From Selaginella moellendorffii (lineage: Eukaryota > Plantae > Lycopodiophyta), in the NCBI RefSeq assembly GCF_000143415.4, contig NW_003314266.1, positions 3,604,398 to 3,668,397 on the forward strand: a stretch of DNA of 64,000 bases, written 5' to 3'. Both the position numbers and the translations under genes were made by a program. How positions within the stretch are numbered: the stretch's first letter is position 1; the number at the start of each line of letters is the position of its first letter. The notes below the pieces were generated by a model that saw only the letters and a program-made list of their open reading frames with translations, did not search any database and was not told where the DNA came from. Positions 1 to 12,016 of this stretch are shown piece after piece.

Positions 1-1690
1 TCGGAGTACCTGAAAGGTTCCATCTCCAATGCAAGCGATAACACGCTTCTCTTTCGCACCTTGTCCGTGCCAAGCACGGCACCGACAGAACAGCCAACAG
101 CTCCGTATTGCATCTGGAATTCATATCTGGAATAAATCCGAGTGATAGAAAACAAATGAAGAAAATATTACAGTTCTCACCCGCAACCATCCGGAAGTTT
201 CAGCTTTTGACAATTAAACCAAGAACCACCCGTTTCAGAGATCACTGCCGTATCCTTTGATAGCATTCCCTGTAGAGACAAGAGAGAAAGAAAAGAAACC
301 ATTGAAAGAAAGGTGTAACCTGTATGTGCTTGAAGAATACATTAACTCGGAGCCTTGCGCCAGAGTTTTCCTCGCCGCCAACTTTCGCCAGAGGCACCTA
401 AAGTCTCACGAAGTTCTCGTAGGAGGTCGCGTGCTTCTTCACCTTAGCCGCGAGGCCGTGGAGGAAGTCATTCATGAGCACGCATCCAAACGAGAGGCCT
501 CCACCGATGGTCACTCTCTTGAGCTCGACCATGATAGCTTTCTCCTTCTTGATCAGGAGTGAGTATCCCACGGAGCTGTAACCGTTGAAGATCGGCCCGG
601 CAAAGAGATAAGCGTCGGCCGACTCGACAACTTCGCAGCAGCATGGAGAGCTCACAGCTCCCCAGTAAGTCCCGATGAAGCGTGGATGTGTCTCCGGCCG
701 ATGGCATCACAGCAGTGGCATACTCGCACGAGTTTGCGAGCTCCACAGTGGCTTTGGCTACTCGAAGCTTTGGACCGGCAACGAGAACTGGCTGTGCGGA
801 TGCATTGAGGAAATTTGCAGCAGCATCAATGGCAGCATGCAAGCTGTTTTGATTCCTCAGCCTAGTTTGTCGATCACGAAAAGCTGGAAGTTAAATTGGT
901 TTTCCATTGAGAAAAGTTTGTATACCTCTCCCCGATGCAGTATGGAACTGGATCTTTGCCGAAAGATGGATACTTTGCTGCGGCTAGATTGCAGCTTACG
1001 CTGATGTAAACCGGTTTGCTCCCTCGAAGAGCGGTGGCTATGGCGTAGTCGATCAACTCGTGAGCATCCTCCAGGTCCTTGACAACAACCTGTGAAAGAA
1101 AAATACATGGAGAAACCAGCCAAGTTCCACAAGTGCCTATAAAAGCTTTGTCTTGGTTCCCATAAAGCTATGAAAACAATGCTTGTGTTGTGTCAGCGAG
1201 GAGAGCACGAGGATTTCCAAACAAGCACAAAACAACAAGAACAAAGTACTGCAGGACAAAAATCTTCCACGCAAAAACCATCAAAACCATTGATGAGAGA
1301 TTCCATGCTCCACAAAAATCCAAGTTTTCAATCGCAAGATCTTGATAAATGAATTTTTGCTACCTGAGCACAAGTAACTTGCTTGAAGCATGCGAGCTCC
1401 TGAGTAAAATCCGCGACTCCAGATGAAGAACTCGATTGCTCCCATAGTCATTCGAATTGGGGCCTCCAACGACGCAAATCACCGGCAAATTCTCGCCGCG
1501 ATGGCATTGCCCCCCAACAGTGAACGTCACGACGCAAGCTCCCACGCCTTTGGCCCGCGCGTAGCCATCGGCGGCATACCCAGCATTGAGCTCGTTGCAA
1601 CAGCCCACGAAATTTAGCCGCGGCTCGGCGATGAGCTAGTCGAGTAGTAGCAGATTGAAATCCCCCGGCACGCCGAAAAGCTCTTCGGCA
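1..1690 (-). pseudogene. PDC: Pyruvate decarboxylase pseudogene (copy 1, frameshifted; continues beyond window start)
   Basis: Translated pieces GCCNELNAGYAADGYARAKGVGACVVTFTVGG, NLPVICVVGGPNSNDYGSNRVLH, PVLVAGPKLRVAKA and ESADAYLFAGPIFNGYSSVGYSLLIKKEKAI are plant PDC motifs, split by deletions and frameshifts. Confidence 0.9.
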
Positions 1691-1754
1691 AGAACCCTAA
1701 ATCTCTAAGAACTTGACAAGTGTCAGAGACACGTGGACAATTCATTAACTTAGA

Positions 1755-1815
1755 TAACGTATGGCCGAACTGGTCTAAGGCGCCAGATGGTCTGCAAGGG
1801 CGTCGCACTCTCAAC
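1755..1815 (+). pseudogene. tRNA-Leu pseudogene (anticodon and T-arm deleted)
   Basis: atggccgaactggtctaaggcgccaga..tggtctgcaagggcgt..cactctcaaca aligns with the intact tRNA-Leu at 17631-17711, with internal deletions. Confidence 0.85.
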
Positions 1816-1839
1816 AAAAAAACTGTGACTTTTTGGATG

Positions 1840-2150
1840 CAATGCAAGAATCTCAGTGTAGAAACGATCGATCCAATTCTCCAAGTCAATCTTGGGTCGA
1901 TTTAGAGGCTTGTGGACTTTGCGATATTTTGGTTGGAGTTCTTCTTTCTTCCGTGACTTCTGGGGCTGTATCAAGCGTGAATCGAGAAGCCAAAGAAAGA
2001 CCAAAATTCTTCCAGGTACCAAAGAAAGACCAAAATTCTTCCAAGTATCAAAGCTCGCGCTCTACGAGCTCTGGTACGAGCGCGTGAAAATTCTTTGACC
2101 AGCTATAACTAGAAATGCGATCCACACCGGAAAGAACCACGATTTTGGGA
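1840..2150. repeat. Segment X, copy 1 (other copies at 16286-16600 and 17730-18180)
   Basis: Shared atgcaagaatctcagtgtagaaacgatcgatcc...gcttgtggactttg...ctataactagaaatgcgatccacac. Confidence 0.85.
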
Positions 2151-2164
2151 AGAAAATCTATAAA

Positions 2165-2320
2165 GAACGAAAACAAGGACACAGGAGACACACACAAAAA
2201 AAAGGAGCGTACGAACCTCTTGTCCTACGTTGAACGGCTCACGTAAATACATTGAGAGTCAACACTCCCAGTAACCTACAGCAGCGAGAGAGAATTCTCA
2301 TCAGCCATTATCGAAGTCCC
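2165..2320 (-). pseudogene. Deleted fragment of the bHLH gene at 18.96-19.26 kb
   Basis: ccagtaacctacagcagcgagagagaattctcatcagccat and aaaacaaggacac..agcgtacgaacctctt are near-identical to 18961-19257. Confidence 0.8.
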
Positions 2321-2960
2321 TCAGAAGGAATTACTGATTCTAAACAATCTTCCCACAGTCGATCGCGGCATACTTCTAGATCGAGGTCACCAGGCAATGG
2401 AAATAAATCGTCTTTGCCAGACCCAGCCTCCATGAGAGGATTCAACCATGAAAACGTTAGTGTTCTCCAGATTGAGGACTCTAAAAAGGACATGAAGTTT
2501 TTGAAGGGAAAAGATCCTTGAGACAAGCACACCTGAGATGACGATGAAGCAGACTGTAGCCCTGTCTGATCCAAGCAAAGATAGAACCATGCTGGGAAGA
2601 CTCGAATCAATCCTTCCCGAGGAAACCACCTCGATTACCTTCACGAGGAAAAAAAAGGCAGCGATCGCCCGATCAAAGCACTATCACAGCTTACCAGCAG
2701 CTTGAGAGAGGAACAAATCCTTTGCTCCTGAAGAAGCAAGAAAAGCTCAAGCTTCTTAAAACGGAAAATCTAAAACCGTCACTTACCTCGGGCCAGGCAT
2801 CATACATTGTAGCTCAAAAGCAGACTGATAGCTTCCAAATGAGCTCAATAACAAGCACATACAGTTACAAACCATAAAAAAAACTCTCGGATGATGACAA
2901 AAGGGAAATCGTACCTGTGCGCACAAAGAGATTCCTGACGCTGATGGATCCATCCCCCGA
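2308..2960 (-). pseudogene. ABCC/MRP transporter N-terminal fragment
   Basis: SIWRTLTFSWLNPLMEAGSGKDDLFPLP is the ABCC L0/lasso signature (TFSWxNPLMxxG..DLxxLP); it is joined to the bHLH fragment and has no NBD. Confidence 0.7.
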
Positions 2961-3112
2961 AAAACACCACCCTAGCGCCCAGAACGCGCTTTAGGTGGCA
3001 TTTCCTGGGCCGAGAATCGATCCGGCCTTTTTCAAAAAACTATTGTATTATGAAGGTCAAAGGCAAGGTCAACTGTCAAGTCAAGCCTATCTATCTTAGA
3101 ATGTTTAGGATG

Positions 3113-3638
3113 TCAACTTGACTTCACTCTGGGTTTGGTCTTCACGGAGATCACGTCATAGTCTACCCGTGGCTCGACAAACTCAAAACAACACATCCTG
3201 GAGATTAAATCCAGCACTTGAGAGTGATCAATCCAACCAAGAACCATAGACTTACCGTCTTGATCTGGCAGACACAAGGTAATCCGCACCCACCGCTTTG
3301 GCTTCACTGTTGAGCAAATCCTCAATGCCAAACCTGGGCTCAAACCGCACCGTATAGTGAATAGTGAGCTACAACAATGTAGATGTCCCAAGAATCAACA
3401 AAAGATCCCATCTTGTTTTGGATCATACCTGAAGTTCCTTTTTTGCACTTTGGCAGAGCGCTTTAGCTCTCACGAAAGTATTCATCACCCATGGATCACG
3501 TGGAAACCCAATACATACAAGGTAGATCGTGTCCTTGGCGTGCAACCGGTTATCCCCAAGAACCCATTGCAAGGCTTTGAGTTCGCTCTTGACAGCCACA
3601 ACCCAGACCTTCCCTTCCTTCTTCCACGCTTCTGCCAT
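3113..3638 (-). CDS. Divergent universal stress protein (USP)-like protein, copy A, 3 exons, about 135 aa
   Basis: Exon1 KVWVVAV..ALQWVLGDN..DTIYLVCI..KKELQ (CAG|GT); exon2 from 3368 LTIHYTVRFEPRFGIEDLLNSEAKAVGADYLVSARSR; exon3 MCCFEFVEPRVDYDVISVKTKPRVKSS*. GT-AG introns join in frame, and the pattern matches USP beta1/ALxW, ADxLVxG and the terminal VxxVK. Confidence 0.7.
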
Positions 3639-4283
3639 TGCTAGTATAAACGATATATGGTTTTCAATATATATAGTCTAAGCTCTAGGCTAAAATTTCG
3701 TTTGCTATTTTTTATTCGAAAAAAGGCTAGTATTCCTTAAGCTTAACTATTTTAATTGATGTTAATCTATGGAGCGCGAACTTGGGTAAGAACATATATA
3801 TATTATAAGTGTAAGGGGCTGTATCTCCTTGACATTAACTCTTTCACAGTAGTAAATCTTGTACAGAGAATTAGAAGAAAAAGATCCTTGTAAAAGTATC
3901 GAAGCTGTATCAAAAGGTGGCCACTTATACAAGGTGCTCAAAAACAGCGAATGAAACGACTTGAAGTTTCCATCTCAGCCATTTGACTCGACACTATCCA
4001 ACCATAAACGATGCCGACTAGGGATTGGTAGATGTTATTTGGATGACAGATGAGAAATTGGGTTCCAACTATCACGAAGACTCTTCCAGAAAAAAGACAG
4101 TGACTACCACAATACTGGCGCGAGATAATTTTGAAAGGCTAGAACTTTAAAAACAACTTCAAACCATACAAAAACTCCGGGATCCGGCACACGTGATGAT
4201 CCTTTTCCTCGGCGCACCAGCTTGATTGGTCAGCAAGGGTCGTCAACTTTCAAGTCAAAAAATTAATGAAATTAAGATTGATC

Positions 4284-4894
4284 TTAGAACCACCCTTTCG
4301 GGGATTGCGATCCTTTTGGGAGTTGCGGTTGCGATGCTTTCACTCTGGGTTTGGCCTTCACGCAGATCTCGTCATATTTTTCATAGTTTTCCAATTGACT
4401 GACCGGCTTAAGAAATTCAAAACAACCCTCCCCCTCCCTGAGATCAAATGGACAGCAATTGAGTGATCGATCCAATCAAGAACCACAGACTTACCAAGGT
4501 CTTGATCTGGCAGACACCAGGTAATCCGCACCCACGGCCTTGGCTTCACTCTCGAGCAACATCTGAACAGGGTTGTCACCAAAATACCGCGCCGTACAGT
4601 GAATAGTGAGCTACAACACCCCATGATCATGAATCAACAAAAGGGGGATTTGGATAATCATACCTGGAGCTCTTTCTTTGCATTTTGGCAGAGTGCTTTA
4701 GCTCTCGTGAAAGTATTCATGACCCATGGATCCTGTGGACATCCAATACATACAAGGTAGATCGTGTCTTTGGCCTGTAATCGGTTTTCTGCCAGAACCC
4801 AATGCAAGGCTTTGAGTTCGCTCTTGACAGCCACCACCCAGACCTTCCCTTCAACCTTCTCACCAACATCCTCAAGGCACACGCGGATTCCCAT
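4284..4894 (-). CDS. Divergent USP-like protein, copy B, 3 exons
   Basis: Paralog of 3113-3638 with the same intron positions; exon2 ...LLESEAKAVGADYLVSARSRPW, exon3 EGEGCFEFLKP...EICVKAKPRVK..GWF*; joins in frame. Confidence 0.7.
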
Positions 4895-5124
4895 TGCTCT
4901 AAAATTATACTTTTGGTTTTATATAGTCTTGCCATGGCTAAAATTTCGTTTGCTATTTTAGTATATGCGATAAGATAATTTGTTATAATCAATATTATTG
5001 AGAAAATTCATATATAAGTGTAAGGAGTGGTTTATCCAAAAAAAAGAGAAAAATTTACCAAAATGGTATTTCCGGGTTAATCCTGGCCCCTCACTTATTG
5101 TTAACATTTTTACATCGCAAAATG

Positions 5125-5705
5125 GTGACAAACTTGGGAGATCATTCGTGTAATCGCAGTTTTTTATCTTGTTGTAGGGGCCGTTGTGGATTTCCACTTC
5201 GATCGTGTAATCAGGAACATGAGCAACATGGTACCAACATCTTGTGCTGAGAGACAAACAAGAAAAAAAAGCCTCTTTTTCTTGTACTTGTGGAAGACTT
5301 AGGAGTGCCTGAAAGCTTCCATCTCCAATGCAAGCGATCACACGCTTATGCGTACCCAAGCAGTGCACCGACGGACCAGCCATCACCAACCATCTAGCAG
5401 CTGGAAGTTTCAGCTTTTGGCAATTAAACCAAGAGTCACCGGTTTCAGAGATAGCTAAAGAAACATTGAGAGAAAGCATTTTTGAGAAAGAAACCATTAG
5501 ATTGTAACCTGGATGTGCTTGAGCCACGAAAAGTCTCTGTAGGAGGTCTTATTCACCTTTGCCACGAGGCCGTGGAAGAAGTCTTCATACTCTCTCCATG
5601 ATAGATTTACACTGAGCTGTAAATCGTTGAGGATCAGGCGGCCGACTCGGACAGCTTCGCAGCAGCATGGAGAGCTCACAGCTCACCAGTATGTCCCGAG
5701 GAAAC
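5125..5705 (-). pseudogene. PDC: Pyruvate decarboxylase pseudogene fragment (central/C-terminal)
   Basis: [30 protein letters not shown] (ThDP-binding GDG motif), YTIEVEIHNGPYNKIKNCDYT. Confidence 0.85.
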
Positions 5706-6339
5706 GTTTTTGGTCGACCAGTGCATTTTTTTATTGGTTTTTTATGGTTTATAGCTGCTTGTTATTCTGAATTTTCGTCTTTATATTATATTTTCAAGTC
5801 AAAGAAAAGGGAGACGATCGTCAACTTGAAGCTTTGAGGGATTGCGATGCTTTCGCTCTGGGACTCGCAAGCTAGATGTGACAACAAAAAAAACAAGCGG
5901 GTTTTTTATAAAGTCTCAATTGATCAGAAGAACCCTAATGCATTAGCATTTGAATCATTCATTCATTTACATGGTCTTGTCGTGCCTCCCAAGAAACATG
6001 AGACCAAATAAATTGCCAGGATCGTCTGGCAGCTACTTGACTCCTCCTGGGTTCTAGGTCTCTTGTGCTTCCTCCTTAGTGAAGCTGCAAGTGAGGGCTT
6101 GGCGTTTGAGTTCCGGTATCGTCCATCTTATACCGCTGAGGATGACATAGGTTGGAACCCCAGGATAAATGGCCTGCAGAGGTGTTTATATTTCGGACAC
6201 GTCCTCCACCAAGACAGGCGAAGCAAAAACATTTTAGTATTCATACCGCCAGATCTATAGTGTGCAACCCAGACCTAAATTAATTATGTTTATGGTTTAT
6301 CCCAAAACCAAAAAAGAAACCAAAATGGTACCCATTCGA

Positions 6340-6940
6340 AAAGCTCCTTGCTCGCGATGCTCATTGCTGTGGAAAGCGTTCACCACTCCAGTGTAATCTT
6401 TATCTCGTCCGTCAGCCACCGTTGTTAATCAGGAATATAATGCTCCTTTGGCCGGAAAGAAGTTCCACAAAAGAGCCAAGTTCCTATAAAAGCTTTGTCT
6501 TGGTTCCCATAAATGCTTGTGTTATGTCAGCACAAGGGTTTCCAAACAAGACACAAATCTTCCACGCAAAAACCATCAAAATCATTGATGAGAGATTCCA
6601 TGCTCCACAAAATAAACAAGTTTTCAATCGCAAGAACAATGGATGTTCCACACAGAAAGAAGAAAAAGAGAGAAAAAATTTAGCGTCCTCAACGCCATCG
6701 CGGGCTCCTACAGCGAGAATTTGACGGTGATTTGCATCGTTGGAGGCCCCAATTCGAATTCTTTCATCACAGGTAAAAGTCCCCCAACAGTGAAGGTCAC
6801 GGCGCAAGCTCCCACGCCTTTGGCCCGCGCGTAGCCATCGGTGGCATACCCAGCATTGAGCTCGTCGCAATAGCCCATGAAATTCAGCAGATTAAAATCC
6901 CCCAGCACACCGAAGAGATCGGTCACGCCGCTCTCTGGCA
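6340..6940 (-). pseudogene. PDC: Pyruvate decarboxylase pseudogene fragment (N-terminus joined to a C-terminal piece)
   Basis: GVTDLFGVLGDFNL..DELNAGYATDGYARAKGVGACAVTFTVGGL and GQRSIIFLINNGG; includes a small inverted piece at about 6680-6760. Confidence 0.85.
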
Positions 6941-7178
6941 AATCTCGGCAAATCTCTAAGAACTTGACAAGTATTATAATATTAATACTTAAAATATTAT
7001 TAAAACATGTAAACAATAGCGAACTATTGTGTACAAATGTCATGAACAAATGGTACTCATCTTTAATGATTTTTATTATTTAAAACTAATAATTAAAAAA
7101 TTTGAGAAAAAACACATGGCAAACTAAAACTCTATAAAATAGATATATAGTTTAATTGCTTATTTCTTATTTGTAATA

Positions 7179-8108
7179 ATGAGCTTTAAAATTTTATTAT
7201 TAGTCATTTTTTATTTTTCTTTTATTGAAAGCTATTATGCACAACCACCAGAAACAAGAGCAATCGGAGGTTTATACCATTTTGGCAATAGACACATTGG
7301 TAGAATTATAAGTGAACTTAGAAATTTAATAGGAAGAATTGACATACCAATCAATCCTGGGCCAAATGAATATTTTATTCAAGAATCAATAAGTGTTGCT
7401 TATCAACAAGTTATTATTCGAATTTATATATTTCGTGATGCTTTAAGGGGTTTTAATTGTAGATCACTTCCTGAAGGCTATGCATTTACTGCACGATATT
7501 TACAAGAAACATTTACTCAAATATTACGACTTGTAGAATATCATGCACGCATTTATGGTTTACAAGAAATTATTACTGTTTATAGACACTTTATAATTGA
7601 TTATTTTGCTAGTGGACCAAGTAGAAGAGATCCTAATGATCCAATACCTTCTTTAGAATATCCAAAAAATTTACCTGATGATAATAATCCACCTAGAGAT
7701 ATTTTAAATGGTGATTTTGATACTTCACAATGTTGGGCATATAGAACACAATTAATAAGTGGATATAAACATAGAATTGGTACATATATAATTAATGGCA
7801 ATGCTTTAGTATCATCAAATAATCATTATAGAGCAACCCTTATCAATTGTAATTTAATAATTGAAAGTATTCCTCATGAACAAAGTATATGGTCTACAAA
7901 TTCAGAAAAATTTGATGCTTCTTGTTCTTTACATCTTCAATATAGTGGTCGTTTACTTATAAATGAAGATGATAATATTATATGGGAAAATGATAATTAT
8001 TGTTTAGAATGCATACTTTTTGCTTTATTAACAGTTGAAAATAATGGAAAATTAGTTGTATCAAGTCATATTGGTAACTCAAAAAATATAATTTGGAAAA
8101 ATAATTAG
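7179..8108 (+). CDS. Secreted chimeric protein: signal peptide + unknown N-terminal domain + C-terminal bulb-type (GNA/B-) lectin domain, 309 aa, intronless
   Basis: Hydrophobic N-terminus MSFKILLLVIFYFSFIES; C-terminal LVSSNNHYRATL-NCNLII-IWSTNS-CSLHLQYSGRLLI-IIWE-LTVENNGKLVV-IIW is the three-fold B-lectin repeat; TATAAAA at about 7133; open 930-bp frame despite very high AT content. Confidence 0.75.
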   Translation: MSFKILLLVIFYFSFIESYYAQPPETRAIGGLYHFGNRHIGRIISELRNLIGRIDIPINPGPNEYFIQESISVAYQQVIIRIYIFRDALRGFNCRSLPEGYAFTARYLQETFTQILRLVEYHARIYGLQEIITVYRHFIIDYFASGPSRRDPNDPIPSLEYPKNLPDDNNPPRDILNGDFDTSQCWAYRTQLISGYKHRIGTYIINGNALVSSNNHYRATLINCNLIIESIPHEQSIWSTNSEKFDASCSLHLQYSGRLLINEDDNIIWENDNYCLECILFALLTVENNGKLVVSSHIGNSKNIIWKNN

Positions 8109-9517
8109 AAAATTCATTATAATATATAAATTTATAGTAATTTATAAGATTAAAAACTTAATTTGATGCATATTGCACAGAATAATGTGTGGTTTCTTAT
8201 TCCTGTTTAGTAATGCAATTGACCAATATGAAGTTTATAATTATAAATATATTTGTAATTTATAGCTACAAGATTAATCTTATTGCATAAGATGGTAGAA
8301 TAAACTACTATATACTAAAAAGTGTTTAGGAAAGTTTATAATTTATAAATGCAAAATTAATCGAAATGAATAGTAACTTTAGATGGTAGAATATCCTAGA
8401 ATGTCTAAGCATATTCTAGGCATATTCATTACCAACCAAATTATAAGTGAAGTTTACATGACTCATGAAAAGAGGAAAAGAAAGAAAATAATTTAATAAA
8501 AGTTATAATATACATCAATTTAAACTTGGCAAGCTTTGGCTTTCAAATAAGAAAATTTATATTGTGAGATCTAGATGTAATACGACAATGCTATATATTA
8601 TTATTAATATAGTGGGATTTTGGTAACAATCAAACTCTTTTCAATCTAGACCACTTACTCTTGTATATAAGTTAAGGGTTTTGGGTTTTACCATGGGTTT
8701 GTACATTATTATTGTCTAAATATGTCAATTCTTTTGTTTCTTAGAGAGTTCTTATTATGTGTTTTCCATATTGTTAATGATAAGGGGCACCTTTGATTGT
8801 ATATGATGAGTGTTTTGATTTGTGCTTTTGGTTTAGATCTACCTTTTTTATTATCTAGATCTTTTTTTTATTTTTATTTTTATTTTTTATATAGCTTTTC
8901 AATTTTTTCTCTTTTTTTTTCTTCATTTCATTCATCTTTATGGCAAAGTAGTAGCCTTTTTCACCTCCTCTGGCTCTAGAGTAGCAATTGGTGTAATTAC
9001 TGAATGCTGTATGGTTATAGTTGATCAATTAAACTCATTTTGATAATGGCATTTACAATGTGTGGTGCATTTTTGTTACCAACTATTGTGTCTAACTGGA
9101 GTTTTTATTTGGGAATTTTAGGGATGATGTGTACTATTGGTTCAATCATTTTATGATGGTTACCACTTATCATTCTTGGGATGATGCTCAACATTTATTC
9201 AAGTTTCCCATGTCTCTAAGGGACAGTATTATAGTGGTATAATGGTTTAAGCATAGCCACTTATATGGATTAAAGCCTTATTTTAGACATATTTAAACAT
9301 GCATTTGAATTTGTTAATGATTGTGATGATGCAATTTAACAATTGCATCATCTCCTTCAAAAGCTATCTAAGTTAGTGATGTAGTTTGGTATTTTCTTTC
9401 GAAGCCAATTACTTCATGTGGAGCTAAATATGCCAAAGCAAATCAAGTTAAGAATGTTATGGCTAGTGCTCCATTAAAATTTTATGAACTTTATGCATGT
9501 ATTTGCTCCTACCATCC

Positions 9518-9714
9518 TGTAAGCAACTAAAGAAAATGATTCAAGAGATAATTCATAGAGGTTCAAATATAAAGGCAAAAGGGCTTATGAATAAAAATGC
9601 ACTCTTTTTTTTCGATCGGTTAAATGTCTTGGGATATTTGAGGTTAAATATCCTTGGGTTTGAATAGTATTGGGTTGAATAACCTCCCAAAAAGTCCAAA
9701 TCCAAAAGCTTACA
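9518..9714 (-). mobile_element. Short (about 190 bp) solo-LTR/TRIM-like element, copy 1, inserted in gag
   Basis: TGTAAGC...GCTTACA termini; flanks catcc/cacct are a decayed TSD of the caccc found in intact gag; reverse orientation relative to copies 2 and 3. Confidence 0.75.
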
Positions 9715-9817
9715 CACCTTTAATAACACTCTTTGATTAATATAACATTATGAGATATTACCTTTTCCACTTATTGTTGTACAAATTTATAACATAGCTA
9801 TAAATGTAGAACCATTA

Positions 9818-10002
9818 TGTAAGCTCTTGTTTTAGACTTCCCAGTAGGTCACTTAACCCCAAACCCAAGGACAATTAACTCTAAATATCCCAAGACCTTT
9901 AACCAATTGAAAAAAGGGGTGCACTTTTGTTCATGGGCGTTTTCTTTTTATATTTAAACTTTTATGAATCGTTTCTCGAGTCATTTCTTTTGATTAGTTA
10001 CA
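9818..10002 (+). mobile_element. Short solo-LTR/TRIM-like element, copy 2
   Basis: TGTAAG...TTACA with a perfect 5-bp TSD CATTA. Confidence 0.8.
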
Positions 10003-10352
10003 CATTATTTGAGAGAATCTACTCTAGACAGGAATACTAGAACACAACTCAATTAAGGAGGTATCCAATGGTAAGCATAAATGCACTAGCAAGAGCACTA
10101 ACTTCTATTGAGCAAGTTAAGTAATCAAAATCAATAATAATATATTCATTGCTAGCAATTAACTATAGAAAGTGCTCCATCAAATTAAATGCTACCAACT
10201 CAAATAGATGGGAAATTGTAATTAGCTTTAACAATCTTTTTGTAACACAAGAAGGAGTATTATGAACTTGGTATCAAACACAATAAATAATATCCTCACT
10301 AGTTCGGGCACCCTAGTGGCAGAAGGTGGGGGGAGTATCCATTAGGCTTACA

Positions 10353-12016
10353 TGTGAGACACAAATCCCTAAGCCCCAAAGTAAAGCTGAAAGGGTGCCA
10401 TGTGATAGTGGTTGAAGCAAAAACCAAATGAGCGTAACACATTTGAACTAAAAGCTCTAACTTGAAAAGTCGAGAGCAGGAGTGGAACTCTCAATGAAGT
10501 GCTTAAGGAACGAGTACGAAGCAAGAAATAAGTGAGATTTTAGAAAAGGGACACAAGAGAACCAACACATGACACGTGGAAGTGTCGAGATGGAGTCCAA
10601 GATAGACCCGAGATGGAGTCTGAGATGGACCCGAGATGGACCTGAGATGAACTCGATATGGAGTCTGAGATGGAACTAAGACCAAGACTGAAACTGAAAT
10701 TGAAACCAAAACCAAGTCTGAGTCCGAATACTAATACAGGTTATTAGGTGAAAGCCCAAAGTGATCATCCCCTAGAGGGGGAGGGGGGGGAGTTGCAAGG
10801 GGTTCCAAAAGTATAGTACAGAGAGTGTGGGGGTTGGACCTTAATGGAGCTAGTTTGGTTAGGAAAGGCTAGTGTGTCCCAATAAAGTTATGCCCATGTG
10901 TTAAGTGATGATATATCCACTAAGGAGTCCAAAACTAGAGTGAATACGGATAGACAAGCGAGGAAGCTTGGTGAAGTGTTCAAGAGCCGACTTTAATTCC
11001 CCCAGGAGATCGAATGGTTGATGCTCCTACTCCAAGCATAGGTGGTACTATTTACTTGGATACCTAGCGTGGCTTAATGGAACCTCGTTCTAAGCCCATA
11101 GTTATAGCACCCAAAAGTGGAAGGTGAAGAGAGTATCCATAAGGCTTGCGTAGGGCCACAGTGTTCCAACATGTTATCCCAAAGTCCTGGACTGTGGAAA
11201 GGAAGAGGACTATGGGACTTGGTGGTTGGGCCTATGGGCTTTGACTTAGTGGCAATGTTGATGAACACAACCTTGGATAGAAAAGGACTTGGTGGGGACC
11301 GAAAAAGGGATATTGGGAAAGACTATTCCCTATGTTTGCAAACATCCTAAGGATGTTAAAGAGTGGATTTAGGATGATCACTCATGGATAGAAAGGGATT
11401 TGATAGAGACTGAAAAAGGGATATTGGGAAAAGCTATTCCCTATGTCTGTAAGCATCTAAGGATGCTAAGGAGTGGACTTAGGATAATCACTCATGGATG
11501 GATGGCCTAATCTTTGTGCTAAGGAGTGGATCTAGGATAATCACTCATGGATGGATAGCCTAATTTTTGAGAGACAGGGGCATGGCTTTAGCATAATATG
11601 TTGATATGTCGGTGGTACGTTTGGGTGTTGGTTATAAGATTGGACATGTGAAGCACTTGGACAAAGTGCAAAGGTTGAGTGGCAAGGTGTAAGCTCATGA
11701 ATTTAAATTTCCCAAAAAGTTACACAACCCAATACTATTTAAACCCAAGGACGTTTAACCCCAAGTATCCCAAGACCCTTAACCAATTGGAAAAAGGGGT
11801 GCATTTTTGTTCATGGGCCTTTTTCCTCTATATTTAAACCCTTATAAATCATCTTTTGAGTTGTTCTTTTTTATTGTTTACGCATGGATGCCATTCTTGG
11901 GGCTAGCAAGCCCCAAGTCTGGAATAGAACTTATCGAGGTTGTAAGTGAGACTCCTCCAAGTGGTTAGAGGTGTAGTTAAATGATTAAAGTAGAATGGAA
12001 AATTTAATTGTTCACA
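10353..12016 (-). mobile_element. Degenerate solo LTR (family of 44388-46062)
   Basis: Reverse-complement homology to 44388-46062, including the tandem-repeat core; TG..CA ends; flanks ttaca/ttgca (TSD with one transition). Confidence 0.85.
11688..11882 (+). mobile_element. Short solo-LTR/TRIM-like element, copy 3, nested in the solo LTR
   Basis: TGTAAGC start, homology to 9818-10002; flanks caagg/catgg; target catgg is present once in the intact LTR. Confidence 0.75.
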
